From NCBI GenBank assembly GCA_050011875.1, contig JBEKIG010000009.1, forward strand, positions 1 to 64,000: a stretch of 64,000 nucleotides of DNA, written 5' to 3'. Both the position numbers and the translations under genes were made by a program. The notes under the pieces were generated by a model that saw nothing but the letters and a program-made list of their open reading frames with translations, made no database searches and was not told where the DNA came from. Of this stretch, positions 29,828 through 40,318 are shown piece after piece (the first letter of the stretch is position 1; every line of letters begins with the position of its first letter). This DNA is from Nitrososphaeria archaeon (GTDB lineage Archaea; Thermoproteota; Nitrososphaeria; JACIWG01).

Positions 29828-30694
29828 CTATTTTAAGGAAAAGCAGTATGAAAAGAGTTCGAGCATAAGCTTTGCTGCGAGAACGCATGTGTTTCCGTTG
29901 TCATATGGAGGACACGATTCAACTATGTCGAATCCAATTATCTTTTTCCCACTAAGATTTTTTAGAAAATTGAAGAAATCTTTCGGTGAGATACCATCTG
30001 GCTCAGGATTAGCTACTCCAGGAGCATACGCTGGGTCGAAAACGTCCATGTCAACAGAGACATAGAACTTTTCGTACTCTTTGAATATCAGATTCCGATC
30101 TATTAGGTCAATTTTGTAGTTTCCCATTTCAATGATATTTAGATGTTCATCTTCTGCGTATCGCCATTCTTGTTCACATGCGGCTCTTGACCCTAAGTGA
30201 ATAAACCTTTTTCTATCTAACTTATCAAGGAGTCTCCTATAAAATGTTGCGTGGGTAAAATCTGAGCCACCCAATTCGTCTCTAAGATCGAGGTGGGCAT
30301 CGAAAATAATTATCCCGACATCGTTGGGAACTGCTGAGATCGAACCATAAGAAATAGAATGCTCCCCGCCGAGCATGCATATGGGGATTTCGTTTTCTAA
30401 CAGCTCTTTCCAGAGCCTGGAGACCTGTGCTGAAGTTGATTTAGCATCATAAAGCGTTGAGAGGTCACCCAGATCTTCTATGTATTCCTTTTCCAAGTCA
30501 ACATCAAAAAGCCTCGAGTAAATTTCAATATTGTTGAAGGCAGATCTTATCGCTTGAGGAGCCAATTTTGATCCAGTCCTATAAGAGCTAGTTGCGTCAA
30601 AAGGAACACCAAACACTTTTCCTTTCGGTGTATCGCTGTCGACCAACTTCAGGATCTTTCCAACGTCTTGGAGATAAAGATCTCTGTAACTCAT
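29828..30694 (-). CDS. speB: Agmatinase (ureohydrolase family)
   Basis: GGEHS, DAHLDLRD, DMDVFDPAYAPG. Confidence 0.92.
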   Translation of the reverse strand: MSYRDLYLQDVGKILKLVDSDTPKGKVFGVPFDATSSYRTGSKLAPQAIRSAFNNIEIYSRLFDVDLEKEYIEDLGDLSTLYDAKSTSAQVSRLWKELLENEIPICMLGGEHSISYGSISAVPNDVGIIIFDAHLDLRDELGGSDFTHATFYRRLLDKLDRKRFIHLGSRAACEQEWRYAEDEHLNIIEMGNYKIDLIDRNLIFKEYEKFYVSVDMDVFDPAYAPGVANPEPDGISPKDFFNFLKNLSGKKIIGFDIVESCPPYDNGNTCVLAAKLMLELFSYCFSLK

Positions 30695-30755
30695 TTGCCC
30701 CCATTCACTATTACGCTATATGGAAGTTAAGTGTTTTGAAGACGTAGGAACACCG

Positions 30756-33293
30756 CTACGACCAGAAAAAGTCCTCTAACTTCGTTGAGGTGATAACCTC
30801 GTCAAAATCGTATCCAAGTGCGTCCAGCAATTGCTCAAAAGTACTCCTCATATACTCTATATACTTGTTCGCATCGATTTCCTCTGCCTTTGCAGTTGCA
30901 GTTGGTTTAACGCCATCCGGTGTAACCGTCTTTACAAACGATATGATGTCTCCACTTTTGATCTTTTTACCGCTTCGCTCCAGCTGCTTTGCGGCTTTAA
31001 CATGTTGTGGGGTAGTATCTACGTATTCATTCAAATTTTTGCTTATCATCACGTTAAAGGAAAGATCTTCAAGAGGTATCTTCTTCTTTCTTAGATCGTC
31101 AACGATGCCCTTAAGATATTTCTTAACCTCTTCTCTCGCTGTTTCAAATTCTGATTGAGAGTTGACTTTACTGAGTATTTCAACAACGTTGTAAAATGCG
31201 TCTTTTATCACTTTTGGAGTGTTACTCTTCTTCCCGGTAAAACCTTTAAGAATAAAGTTGCCGTTAGGCAGGACACCAAGATAGTTTTTCTTCCTCTTGC
31301 TGAAGGCAACATATTTGTAGACCTTATCTAGATCCAGTTCTACTCCAAGTTTGTCTTCAGCCCAATTAATCACTTTTGCAACTTCTTCATTTGATACACC
31401 GGAAACGAAGAGAGAGTCGGTGTCACCGTATATGACTCTGATGTTTCTCTGCTTGCATTCGTCAATTGTCTTAGTGATCATGTATCTGCCTATTGCCGCA
31501 GTTGACTCAGCTACGGGGGGACAGTAAAGTGGAAAAGCTTCAGTGCCAAATACACCGTAGCTGGCATTCAATATAACCTTCAAAACCTGTGAGATAGTGT
31601 TAAAGAGAGCTGCTTGATCCGAATTTGGGGGATACTTCTTTGAGAGAGGTTTATAGAGTTTAACTCGTAGATCTCTTAGGGAACCAATCAATAAAGAAGT
31701 AATGCCATATCTCTTTGTGCAAACCCAATGGGGTGTATCTGGGATAATGTTGGACCTATCTTCAGGATGATTACAGAGGATTGTCTCATATGAGAGATTA
31801 TAGACCTTTATTATGCTCGGATAGAGGCTTGCAAAGTCTAAAACAGACACGCCGAAGTGAACTCCGGCTTCAGGTTCTAGAACGTAGGCGCCACGGTATT
31901 TTTTCCCCTTAGTTATGGCCGTCGAAGATATAGCGCCACGCTGAGACACTTCTTCGCTCATGGGTATTAAGGCATTAATTCGTCTATGTTCGAAGTACAT
32001 TAAGCTACGTATCCAATTTGATACCCCTAACCTACCAAGGTCCTCGAATGGCATCTTTGCAACTCTCGCTATAACAGTTAGGAGGCGTATAACCAAATCA
32101 TTGCTATAGCTTGTCAACATGAAAGTTATTTTTGCGTCGTTGAAACAGTACCTGCCCAGCTCTAGTATAGGTAGGTCGCTGATTGAACCCTCAAATTCCA
32201 TCTTTGATTCATTAATTATTGCCTCGCAAACTGAGTTTAGAGTGTTTTCAACATACTTAGAGTCAAACACGTAAACTTTCAAAGCATGATTTGAGAAGAA
32301 CTTGTACAGGTCTACGTGCACACCATGCTTTATCCAAGCCTGATCCCTTCCCAAGTTTATTGGAATAGATTCATCTGGAAAGCCAAGGTTCTTGGCCCTA
32401 TGATAGAGGTAGTTAAGATCAAAATCGTCGCCGTTGTACGTGATGATAAATGGGTAATCCAACATATTCAAAAAGACAGCTTCGAGAAGTAGACTCTCTT
32501 CTTTGTAGAAGAGGACATCTGCTTCCTCAATCTTCATGTCACCCTTGGGAACGTTGTCTCGTTCGAGAAGGAAAAGCTTCTTCTTGCCATCGCTGCCGAA
32601 CATTGCGACGGCTATAACCGCGTGTTCGGCTTCAGTTGGAGATGGAATATGGTATTCGTCGGGCGATGCGACTTCTATGTCTAGAGAAGACCTTTTGATA
32701 TTGGGAAGAGGTTGGGTCAAGAGGCTAGACCAGATTTTTACGTAAGGGACAAACTCTGCCTTAGACGAACTTTCCAAACCTTCAAGATTCTTTAAAACAT
32801 CTTGATCGACTTCAAGAATAATCGGAACAGGTTTATCTTTGTCTATCCTGAAAAATGTTCCAGGCGTATATTGGAAATCGTATATATAGTTCTCATAATA
32901 TTTTATGTCTGCTTCATAGCATGGTAGAAGATTTCTTATGCTCTGATCCCCTTTGCCTCCGCCAATTGATAAGGGGTTCGTAACGACGATCTTCTTAACA
33001 CAGATCTGGTTCCCCGTAAACATGTCAAGCTTATAGACGTCTTTTACACTAATAACATCAGACCGTTTCTTGATCTGTTCCAGTATGCCGTCTTCAGCTT
33101 TGGTGTAACAGTAAGGTTTGTGGCCCGTGTTATCTTTCCATACAAAACTTCTTTCCAATTTTGGAGAATAGAACATCAGATAAGCCTTCTTTTCGTCACC
33201 GTCATATCCTGCCGAAACAAGTATACCATCATCCATTGAAGTTGTATGCATAGTAAGCGACGCTATCTTCTGTTTTAGTTTCTCGAATGACAA
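30756..33293 (-). CDS. polB1: Family B DNA polymerase (PolB1-type)
   Basis: LDIEV, YNGDDFD exonuclease motifs; DFASLYPS, KVILNASYG, YGDTDS; TGHKPYC N-terminal motif. Confidence 0.97.
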   Translation of the reverse strand: MSFEKLKQKIASLTMHTTSMDDGILVSAGYDGDEKKAYLMFYSPKLERSFVWKDNTGHKPYCYTKAEDGILEQIKKRSDVISVKDVYKLDMFTGNQICVKKIVVTNPLSIGGGKGDQSIRNLLPCYEADIKYYENYIYDFQYTPGTFFRIDKDKPVPIILEVDQDVLKNLEGLESSSKAEFVPYVKIWSSLLTQPLPNIKRSSLDIEVASPDEYHIPSPTEAEHAVIAVAMFGSDGKKKLFLLERDNVPKGDMKIEEADVLFYKEESLLLEAVFLNMLDYPFIITYNGDDFDLNYLYHRAKNLGFPDESIPINLGRDQAWIKHGVHVDLYKFFSNHALKVYVFDSKYVENTLNSVCEAIINESKMEFEGSISDLPILELGRYCFNDAKITFMLTSYSNDLVIRLLTVIARVAKMPFEDLGRLGVSNWIRSLMYFEHRRINALIPMSEEVSQRGAISSTAITKGKKYRGAYVLEPEAGVHFGVSVLDFASLYPSIIKVYNLSYETILCNHPEDRSNIIPDTPHWVCTKRYGITSLLIGSLRDLRVKLYKPLSKKYPPNSDQAALFNTISQVLKVILNASYGVFGTEAFPLYCPPVAESTAAIGRYMITKTIDECKQRNIRVIYGDTDSLFVSGVSNEEVAKVINWAEDKLGVELDLDKVYKYVAFSKRKKNYLGVLPNGNFILKGFTGKKSNTPKVIKDAFYNVVEILSKVNSQSEFETAREEVKKYLKGIVDDLRKKKIPLEDLSFNVMISKNLNEYVDTTPQHVKAAKQLERSGKKIKSGDIISFVKTVTPDGVKPTATAKAEEIDANKYIEYMRSTFEQLLDALGYDFDEVITSTKLEDFFWS

Positions 33294-33357
33294 CGCCTTC
33301 CACTATATGCTCAAGTAACATTTTGATAAATGTTTGCAAAAAGACTTAAATTAGATT

Positions 33358-33726
33358 GTGAAGGAATGCTTTAAGATGAGCGTTAAAAAAAATAATCTCT
33401 CGCCGCTTCTGATAACTCTCCTTATTTCGGGGATATTATTTGTAGCGTTACCTGTTCTGGGATTGTCCCCTATTGAAATGATTTTCGTTGGCTTGATCAA
33501 CATACTTACTTTTCTAGTGGTTTACTTTGAAAAGTTCAAGCTATTCTTCCCATTTATTAAGATGAGCGTCTCGATTTTTAACATAATAGTGTTTGGATAC
33601 CAGATATATGGTGCACTCACCTTTTCAAATGTAGGCTATTCCTTAAACGTGGTCTTTACAATGCTTCTTAGCGTACTGTTCCTTATAGCGTATGTTATTT
33701 CGATTTTGTACTATTCAAACATTTAA
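33358..33726 (+). CDS. Small hypothetical membrane protein (~4 TM)
   Basis: Strongly hydrophobic 122-aa ORF. Confidence 0.7.
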   Translation: MKECFKMSVKKNNLSPLLITLLISGILFVALPVLGLSPIEMIFVGLINILTFLVVYFEKFKLFFPFIKMSVSIFNIIVFGYQIYGALTFSNVGYSLNVVFTMLLSVLFLIAYVISILYYSNI

Positions 33727-33760
33727 AATTTTGCCCAAGTAAAATTTTTTATCGCAACTA

Positions 33761-33901
33761 GTGGACACTTTATCTGTGCAAGACGAAAAGATAGATTTGG
33801 CTTTAGAAGCTATTGGTGTATTAATAGGCCTAGAATTAGGCGAATTGATTGAGACAGAAAGAGGAACAGGTTATGAGCTCCCCATGGCGGTGATTCCATG
33901 A
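33761..33901 (+). CDS. 46-aa acidic peptide overlapping the DegT start (ATGA)
   Basis: Manual translation MDTLSVQDEKIDLALEAIGVLIGLELGELIETERGTGYELPMAVIP; GTG start; stop overlaps the next ATG. Confidence 0.5.
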   Translation: MDTLSVQDEKIDLALEAIGVLIGLELGELIETERGTGYELPMAVIP

Positions 33902-34995
33902 TTCCTATAAATAAACCGATAATTGAAAAAGAAGAAAAAGAGGCTGTGCAAAGGGTGCTAGATAGCCTTTATCTAACGGACTCAAGTTTTGAGGGAGGAA
34001 AATTTGTCAGAGAATTTGAAGATCTATTTGCAAAATATGTCGGAGTAAAACATGCGATTGCAGTTAATTCTGGTACATCGGCGCTTCTGGCCGTAGTTTT
34101 AGCTCTTGAGCTAGGTGGAAAAGATGTAACTTTAACTTCAGGGTTTACATTTTCCTCTACTGCAACGACCAGCTTGTTTGCTGGAGCAAAAGTAGAGTTT
34201 GCGGACATCCAAACCAGAACGTATTGTATTCTATTAGACGACATTAGGAAGAAGATGTCTAAAAAGACTAAGATGATAATACCGGTGCATCTCTATGGGC
34301 ACCCAGCGCAAATGGATGAAATCAATGAAATGGCAGAGGAGTATAGTTCCTACGTCGTTGAGGATGCAGCACAGTCTCTGGGTTCACGGTATAAAGGAAA
34401 GATGACGGGCAGCATTGGAGCTGTCGGATGTTTCAGTCTCTACGCAACGAAGATAGTGACTTGCGGGGAGGGAGGAGTTGTTACAACAGACAACGATAAC
34501 GTAGCCGAAAAAATCAGGATGATTAGATCTCATGGCCAAATAAAAGGCTACGATTCGAAGATCCTTGGGCTTAACTTACGTCTACCTCAGATACTGGCAG
34601 CTATGGGAACGGAACAGCTTAAAAAAATCGACAGGTTCATCAGCTCGAGAAGAAAAAATGCGGAGTTCTTAAACGAGCAGCTTTCAAATATTGAAGGCGT
34701 TAAAACACCGGTTGAAGAGGAATATGCTAAAACGAACTGGAGCATTTACACGGTTTCTGTTAATAAGAGAAGAGATGATTTAGTATCATACCTTAGGGCA
34801 AACGGTGTTGGGGCAACAGTCTATTATCCTATTCCCCTGAACAAACTGCCGGTATTTCATGATTCAAGCAAGCTGCCAAACTGTGAGGAGGCCGCACGCC
34901 ACGTTCTATCGTTGCCCGTACATCCTTTGCTGACTGAAGAGGAGAAAAACAGAGTTGTGGACATATTTAAGCAGGCGATAAAGAAATTCTTATAA
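33898..34995 (+). CDS. DegT/DnrJ/EryC1/StrS PLP-dependent aminotransferase
   Basis: NSGTSAL, PVHLYGHPA, EDAAQS, FSLYATK (PLP Lys), GEGG, LSLPVHP. Confidence 0.95.
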   Translation: MIPINKPIIEKEEKEAVQRVLDSLYLTDSSFEGGKFVREFEDLFAKYVGVKHAIAVNSGTSALLAVVLALELGGKDVTLTSGFTFSSTATTSLFAGAKVEFADIQTRTYCILLDDIRKKMSKKTKMIIPVHLYGHPAQMDEINEMAEEYSSYVVEDAAQSLGSRYKGKMTGSIGAVGCFSLYATKIVTCGEGGVVTTDNDNVAEKIRMIRSHGQIKGYDSKILGLNLRLPQILAAMGTEQLKKIDRFISSRRKNAEFLNEQLSNIEGVKTPVEEEYAKTNWSIYTVSVNKRRDDLVSYLRANGVGATVYYPIPLNKLPVFHDSSKLPNCEEAARHVLSLPVHPLLTEEEKNRVVDIFKQAIKKFL

Positions 34996-35021
34996 ATAGA
35001 TGTTTGGGGGTTAATGTTTAT

Positions 35022-35186
35022 ATGAGCGAGAAATCTTCTGGAGAAGTCTATTACGAATGTATTAGATGTGGTACAACAATTTCGTCTACTGAACTCACAA
35101 AACTTCTCGAAATCAAATGCATATGTGGTTATAGGATCTTAAAAAAGAAAAGACCTCAAGTCGTCAAAGTAGTGAAAGCGCTTTAA
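35022..35186 (+). CDS. rpo12: RNA polymerase subunit Rpo12 (P)
   Basis: YECIRCG...KCICGYRILKKKRP Zn ribbon. Confidence 0.93.
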   Translation: MSEKSSGEVYYECIRCGTTISSTELTKLLEIKCICGYRILKKKRPQVVKVVKAL

Positions 35187-35227
35187 AAATCCCGACAATT
35201 CTTATTAAAAAGAATTGAAAAGGTATT

Positions 35228-36922
35228 GTGCGAGAAAACTTGGAAAGGAATCTTACCGATAAAGTCATCGCCTTAGCAAAGAGAAGAGGGTTTTTTTGGC
35301 AGGCTTATGAAGCCTACGGCGGTACTGGAGGATTCTATGTCCTCGGAGACCTTGGTACGAGACTTAAAGAAAATATCGTTAAGCTATGGAAAGAAATGTT
35401 CCTCGAGCCGTACGGGTTTATTGAAATAGAGTCTCCTACGATAGCACCTTATTCGGTGTTCGAAGCTTCAGGACATGTGGGATCATTTAAAGATGCGATG
35501 GCCGAGTGCTTGAAATGTACCAACAAGTATCGTGCAGACCACCTTCTTGCCGAACAGGGCGTAAATGTCTCAGAATCAACCGAACTTAATACACTCGAGA
35601 AACTCCTAAACGAGAACAAGATAAAATGCCCCGAATGCGGAAGCATCACGTGGAAAGTAAGTGCCTTTCTGACGATGTTTCAAACAAACATCGGGCCTTA
35701 TGGCGAAAACATAGGATTCCTTAGGCCAGAAACAGCGCAAGGTATGTTTGTCGAATTCAAGCAGCTATATGAAAGTAACAGAGCGAGAATACCGATAGGT
35801 GTAGCCCAGGTGGGTAAAGCATACAGAAACGAAATTTCTCCGAGGCAAGGGCTCATTCGTCTGAGAGAGTTTTCTCAGATCGAATTAGAATTCTTTTTTA
35901 ATCCTTCGTACAACAAGTGCGAGCACTTAGATAAAGTTGAAGACATAAAGATGAACCTTTTAGACGAATTGAAGGTCGGTCAAGGTGACGAGACACCGTA
36001 CAAAGTTTCGGCAAAGGAAGCAGTTGAAAAAGGCTTTGTTAAACAGGAATGGCTCGCATTCTTTATGGCACTGTCTCAGAAGTTCATGCACGAACTTGGT
36101 ATAAACTCTGATGACATCAGATTTAAGGCGAAGCTGGTGGGGGAGAGAGCGCACTATTCAGCGCAAACTTTTGATCAAGAAGTCCTGACCGAAAAATACG
36201 GTTGGGTTGAAGTAGCTGGCCACGCGTACAGACAGGATTACGATCTTAAATCTCATTCCTTAAAGGGGAACGTTGACATGCACATTGTCGAAGAACTTAA
36301 GGAACCTATCAAAGTAAAGAAGACGCTCGCATACCCTAATTCAGTTAAAGTCAGGGAAGAATTTAAAGAGAAGGCTTCAGAAGTTTTTAAGGCCATTTCT
36401 AAGTTTGATTCCAAAACACTGGCGCAGGAACTGGAGGAAAAAGGTAAAGTTGAAATCAGAGGAAGGGACATGGGAAAAGAATATTTTATATTCAAAGAGG
36501 TAGACGAAACCGTTGCTACGAGAAAGTATATTCCTCACGTCATAGAACCAAGTTTTGGAATAGAGCGAATAATCAACGCGATATTAGAACACGCTTACAG
36601 GGAGAAGGAGGACAGAACTATACTTTCTTTAAATGATAGGATAGCACCGTACAGGTATGCGGTTTTTCCTCTGGTCAAGAAAGACGGTTTAGACGCTAAA
36701 GCAAAAGAAGTCTACAACCTGGTCAAGACAAAAGATGTGAGGACGTTATATGATGACGACGGTTCTATAGGGAGAAGATACGCTAGAGTTGATGAGATAG
36801 GGGTGTCTAAAGCTATTACGATAGATTACCAGACCTTAGAGGATGAAACAGTAACCGTAAGGAGTAGAGATAGTTGGGACCAGGTAAGGGTTAACATAAA
36901 GCACCTTTTGACAGCTCTTTAG
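35228..36922 (+). CDS. glyS: Glycine--tRNA ligase (alpha2 type)
   Basis: AKRRGF, LRPETAQG, RNEISPRQG, PHVIEPSFG, GSIGRRYAR. Confidence 0.98.
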   Translation: MRENLERNLTDKVIALAKRRGFFWQAYEAYGGTGGFYVLGDLGTRLKENIVKLWKEMFLEPYGFIEIESPTIAPYSVFEASGHVGSFKDAMAECLKCTNKYRADHLLAEQGVNVSESTELNTLEKLLNENKIKCPECGSITWKVSAFLTMFQTNIGPYGENIGFLRPETAQGMFVEFKQLYESNRARIPIGVAQVGKAYRNEISPRQGLIRLREFSQIELEFFFNPSYNKCEHLDKVEDIKMNLLDELKVGQGDETPYKVSAKEAVEKGFVKQEWLAFFMALSQKFMHELGINSDDIRFKAKLVGERAHYSAQTFDQEVLTEKYGWVEVAGHAYRQDYDLKSHSLKGNVDMHIVEELKEPIKVKKTLAYPNSVKVREEFKEKASEVFKAISKFDSKTLAQELEEKGKVEIRGRDMGKEYFIFKEVDETVATRKYIPHVIEPSFGIERIINAILEHAYREKEDRTILSLNDRIAPYRYAVFPLVKKDGLDAKAKEVYNLVKTKDVRTLYDDDGSIGRRYARVDEIGVSKAITIDYQTLEDETVTVRSRDSWDQVRVNIKHLLTAL

Positions 36923-37641
36923 ATTTTCGATATTAAAGGTTTTACCTTCTGCAATTTGGACAAACTGGCTATGATATCGTTTTCACTTGGTAAAACAGTT
37001 ACGCCGAGAACGATGCAATCTTTCTTTGATATTTCTATGGCAAGAGGATCTACTTCTTTGGGCCCATGCAATATTACCATCCTTGGCTTTATCTGGGAGA
37101 CCCTTACTGCTACAATCGGTGAGCGTCCCAGACCCACCTTGGTAAAGACGAGAACACGTTCTGAATTGTAGCCGAAGATCTTTATGAAATCCAAGCCAGA
37201 CATTGTAAGAATAGTCTTGATGCTATCTAAAACCGTGTAACCGTGAATTTGTTTATTAATGCAGTCCTCTCCAGCCAAGACATCGGCTTTAAGGGCGTCA
37301 ATTACCTGTTTTACAGAAACAGGATGTTCATATTCTCCAATGGAAAGAATAGCTGATTCACTTATAGGAACATCCAGCTTCCCAAGTATTCTATTAAACT
37401 TCTGGTCTATTTCTACAAGACCCTTAACATATTTCTTTACGAAGATTGTCCCAGGGGAACTCCTCTTTCCACTTTCGTAATCGCTTAATACAGCAGGTGA
37501 AATACCAAGCTGTCTTGCTAAATCCACCTGTTTGATGTTCAGCTTCTCCCTCCAAATCTTCAGGGAAATTCCTACGTTTTCACTTAGTACAATGTCACCG
37601 ACAATCTTCCTCAGAATCTCATCGTATTGTAGAGACATCAC
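36919..37641 (-). CDS. XRE-family HTH transcriptional regulator with DRTGG-like C-domain (COG1709-like)
   Basis: KQVDLARQLGISPAVLSDYESGKR; GYTVLDS, GRSPIVAVRV. Confidence 0.88.
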   Translation of the reverse strand: MMSLQYDEILRKIVGDIVLSENVGISLKIWREKLNIKQVDLARQLGISPAVLSDYESGKRSSPGTIFVKKYVKGLVEIDQKFNRILGKLDVPISESAILSIGEYEHPVSVKQVIDALKADVLAGEDCINKQIHGYTVLDSIKTILTMSGLDFIKIFGYNSERVLVFTKVGLGRSPIVAVRVSQIKPRMVILHGPKEVDPLAIEISKKDCIVLGVTVLPSENDIIASLSKLQKVKPLISKI

Positions 37642-37712
37642 TATAATCTAAAATTCACTGTTTAAAAATGTTTAAGTGACCAAAACTCAGAGGGAAAGAT
37701 CTAAAGGCTTGC

Positions 37713-39182
37713 CTATCTGGCTACTATCTGCAAATCGTTCTTGAAGAATCTTTTTGTTTCTCCTAATGCCTGGAAATCTGTTGGAGCCACTTGAATGAGC
37801 GATGGCATATTCGCTGCAACCCTGCCGATTACAAGACAATGACGTTGTGGTAAAGTCCGAACAAGGGATTCTATAGTGTCGACATCGACGGTTGAAGCTC
37901 TAGAAACCATTCCAAGATCGTTACTGTTTACAAAATTAAATAGGAAGATGTTGTCGGCTTGTCGATAGATTCCCTGAGGTATTGCATCAGGCTGGTTTGT
38001 AATAAAGGTTGTAAAGATTCCGTAATGGCGCATTCTTGTTATCATATCATCCCAATAAGTGTCTCTAAGGTAAAGATGAGCTTCTTCAGCAAACAGAAAA
38101 GTTGGTGGGATCCTATTGCTTTCTAGAAGATCGCATATTTTGTTCAAAATCGCCTCCACAACGATCTTTCTTGTCAGAGAAGAGGTTTTACCCAGCTGTA
38201 TTATGAACGCTACCCCATCACCATGTTGACGGAACAGCTTTTCAAGTTCAAAGGTTTTTTCGATTTCGTCTGAAAAAAGTCTTGAAGACAGAATAGAATA
38301 GTATCTTGTAAAGAGCGCATCTCTCACAAACTCATTACACTTCCAACTCTGTATTGTTTCACCAAGATTCTTGATCGTTAAACACCCTTTCGACTCCAGA
38401 CTGTCTATGATACGAATAAACTCCCTTAACGAGACACCAGGAGTATCCAATACATTCTGCAGCACGTTAACGAGGGTTCGCTTACCAATATAGCTTAAGG
38501 AAAATAAAAGATTTTCCCCGGGCTTAAGACACATAACCTTCCTAGTGATGCCGTTATCTGAACCGTCGCTTCTTTTTGAGATACCTCTATATTCGTTGTT
38601 TATATCAAAGACTATTACGTAAGCGCCATTCTCGACGAGTTTTGATACGAGCATCTTTGATAAATGCGATTTTCCAGACTCCTTCTTTCCCGTTATTATG
38701 TTTAGCTGTCCGTCCAGATTATTTAAACTGATATGGTAAGGTTCACCGTCTGAAGTAATTCCTATCGTAATGTTCATGTCAGTTTTGCCTAATATTCTTG
38801 AATAGAGATCTTTTATTCTAACGCGTTTAATCTTGGAAGCTGTTCTAGAAGGAAGCCACGCCGATATCGGTATGAACTTACCTTCTTCGAATGAACCCCT
38901 TATCTTGCATTTAAGAAAACGCATGTCCATGAGCATATAAGATAGCGCCCCTATCTGCAACGGATCGTTTTCCGTCGAAGGGGCTGAAGATTTAATAACT
39001 TCGTCTCTTACAATATCGTCTAGGAAATTTGATGAATCGAGGTACGTTTCTTCATAGATTTGGACAACCATTTCTTTATTAACGGTGTTATCCTCGATTA
39101 TCAGATACTCTCCCTTCTGTATTTCTTCGCTCGGTAACGCGAGAACAACGATTTCGTCGCCTTTTTTCGATACGATTCTCAT
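37713..39182 (-). CDS. HerA/DUF87-family ATPase
   Basis: N-terminal HAS-like barrel, Walker A GKKESGKS, FDINNEY, Walker B FLFAEEAH, RMRHYG, TNQP. Confidence 0.9.
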   Translation of the reverse strand: MRIVSKKGDEIVVLALPSEEIQKGEYLIIEDNTVNKEMVVQIYEETYLDSSNFLDDIVRDEVIKSSAPSTENDPLQIGALSYMLMDMRFLKCKIRGSFEEGKFIPISAWLPSRTASKIKRVRIKDLYSRILGKTDMNITIGITSDGEPYHISLNNLDGQLNIITGKKESGKSHLSKMLVSKLVENGAYVIVFDINNEYRGISKRSDGSDNGITRKVMCLKPGENLLFSLSYIGKRTLVNVLQNVLDTPGVSLREFIRIIDSLESKGCLTIKNLGETIQSWKCNEFVRDALFTRYYSILSSRLFSDEIEKTFELEKLFRQHGDGVAFIIQLGKTSSLTRKIVVEAILNKICDLLESNRIPPTFLFAEEAHLYLRDTYWDDMITRMRHYGIFTTFITNQPDAIPQGIYRQADNIFLFNFVNSNDLGMVSRASTVDVDTIESLVRTLPQRHCLVIGRVAANMPSLIQVAPTDFQALGETKRFFKNDLQIVAR

Positions 39183-40231
39183 ATGCTTGTAGAACCTCCT
39201 TCAAACTTTAATCCGCCTAGGAGCGATTTTCTCAGCCTAGTTGCGGGAACCTGTATTATGTTAAGAGAACGAGCTAAGGCACTTTTAATAGAGACCTGTT
39301 CAACGTTGTTGAATATTGAAATACTGTGTGACATTATTAACGATTCGGGGTAACCGAGTCTGAAGCCGTCATTGTTTAAAATCTTTCCAAGCACGCTGTC
39401 AACATCGAAGTAAGAATGATACGGTATATCTGTCCTAAATGCGTAACCATGCTTCTTGAACTTTACAACAAAAATGTGGCCTTCGACCTTAGACAGCATA
39501 CTGTCTATGATATGGTGCACATCAACTTTGACTGGAGCGTAGTTTAAAATTTCTAGATAGTTCGCCACCCTTTTAATGAACTTCAGTTTACTACTTTTTG
39601 AAATACCCACTATCGTGTTAGCGTTTCCTTGTGCACATTCTATTATTTCTTTGAGACTGAATCCTTCGACTTCAAAAATTGAAGACCTCAGTGATCCATC
39701 GCATAGGATCAAGCTGCCATTTAATACTGTGGACATATACTTTAAGACCTCTCTTTCTATTACAACCCTCACCATATTCTTGGCGTACTCATGCTCTGAG
39801 ATTACAAGCTTTACAAGCTTCTCCCTAAGACGGTTGTCGTGATAGACCTGTCTCATCGCCTGCTCGTCAACATAAACAACATACGGTCCATAGATATGGT
39901 ACGCTTTAGGTTTTCCATTATAATATATTGAAACTCCTGATTTAACGGCATAGAGAGCACCCTGTTCTGTTTCCCCTATTGATATACATGAAGAATCTAT
40001 GCCTGCAACGTCGCAGAGTTCTTCTAGCTGTTCAAAAGGTTCGACATTTAATGGTATAGGTGAAGTAAACAATGAAACTATCGGCTTAAGCTCGTCACAG
40101 TCTCTCTCATGAAACATTATCTTCATGCCAAAAACTTTGTTAACATCAAAAAGGTGTGTGAAGGTTTGATCGAAGACTTTAACTTTATTATCTTGCATAT
40201 TTTCTAGAGGAACATTTATTTTGTTGTTCAT
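39179..40231 (-). CDS. NurA-family nuclease
   Basis: AGIDSS, LCDGSL, GISKSS, GYPESLIMSH; likely start ATG 40231 or 40198 (ORF open to 40333). Confidence 0.85.
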   Translation of the reverse strand: MNNKINVPLENMQDNKVKVFDQTFTHLFDVNKVFGMKIMFHERDCDELKPIVSLFTSPIPLNVEPFEQLEELCDVAGIDSSCISIGETEQGALYAVKSGVSIYYNGKPKAYHIYGPYVVYVDEQAMRQVYHDNRLREKLVKLVISEHEYAKNMVRVVIEREVLKYMSTVLNGSLILCDGSLRSSIFEVEGFSLKEIIECAQGNANTIVGISKSSKLKFIKRVANYLEILNYAPVKVDVHHIIDSMLSKVEGHIFVVKFKKHGYAFRTDIPYHSYFDVDSVLGKILNNDGFRLGYPESLIMSHSISIFNNVEQVSIKSALARSLNIIQVPATRLRKSLLGGLKFEGGSTSI

Positions 40232-40318
40232 GTTGAACAATATAGGTGGGCAGTGATAGAATATAAATGTTGCGCAAGTTGAACAACAACAATATAATAT
40301 GGTGTGAGATTTGAACAA
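40224..40318. promoter_or_regulatory. Divergent promoter with palindromic sites TTGTTCA-N3-TGAACAA
   Basis: Perfect site 40224-40240, 14/17 copy 40270-40286, half-site TGAACAA 40312-40318. Confidence 0.6.

Noticed and set aside
14746-33293. Inteins in AtpA or PolB
   Set aside because: Lengths are normal; motifs are contiguous with no intein-like insertion
38660-38700. HerA Walker A GKKESGKS as inactivated
   Set aside because: Still fits GxxxxGKS; Walker B and the arginine motif are present
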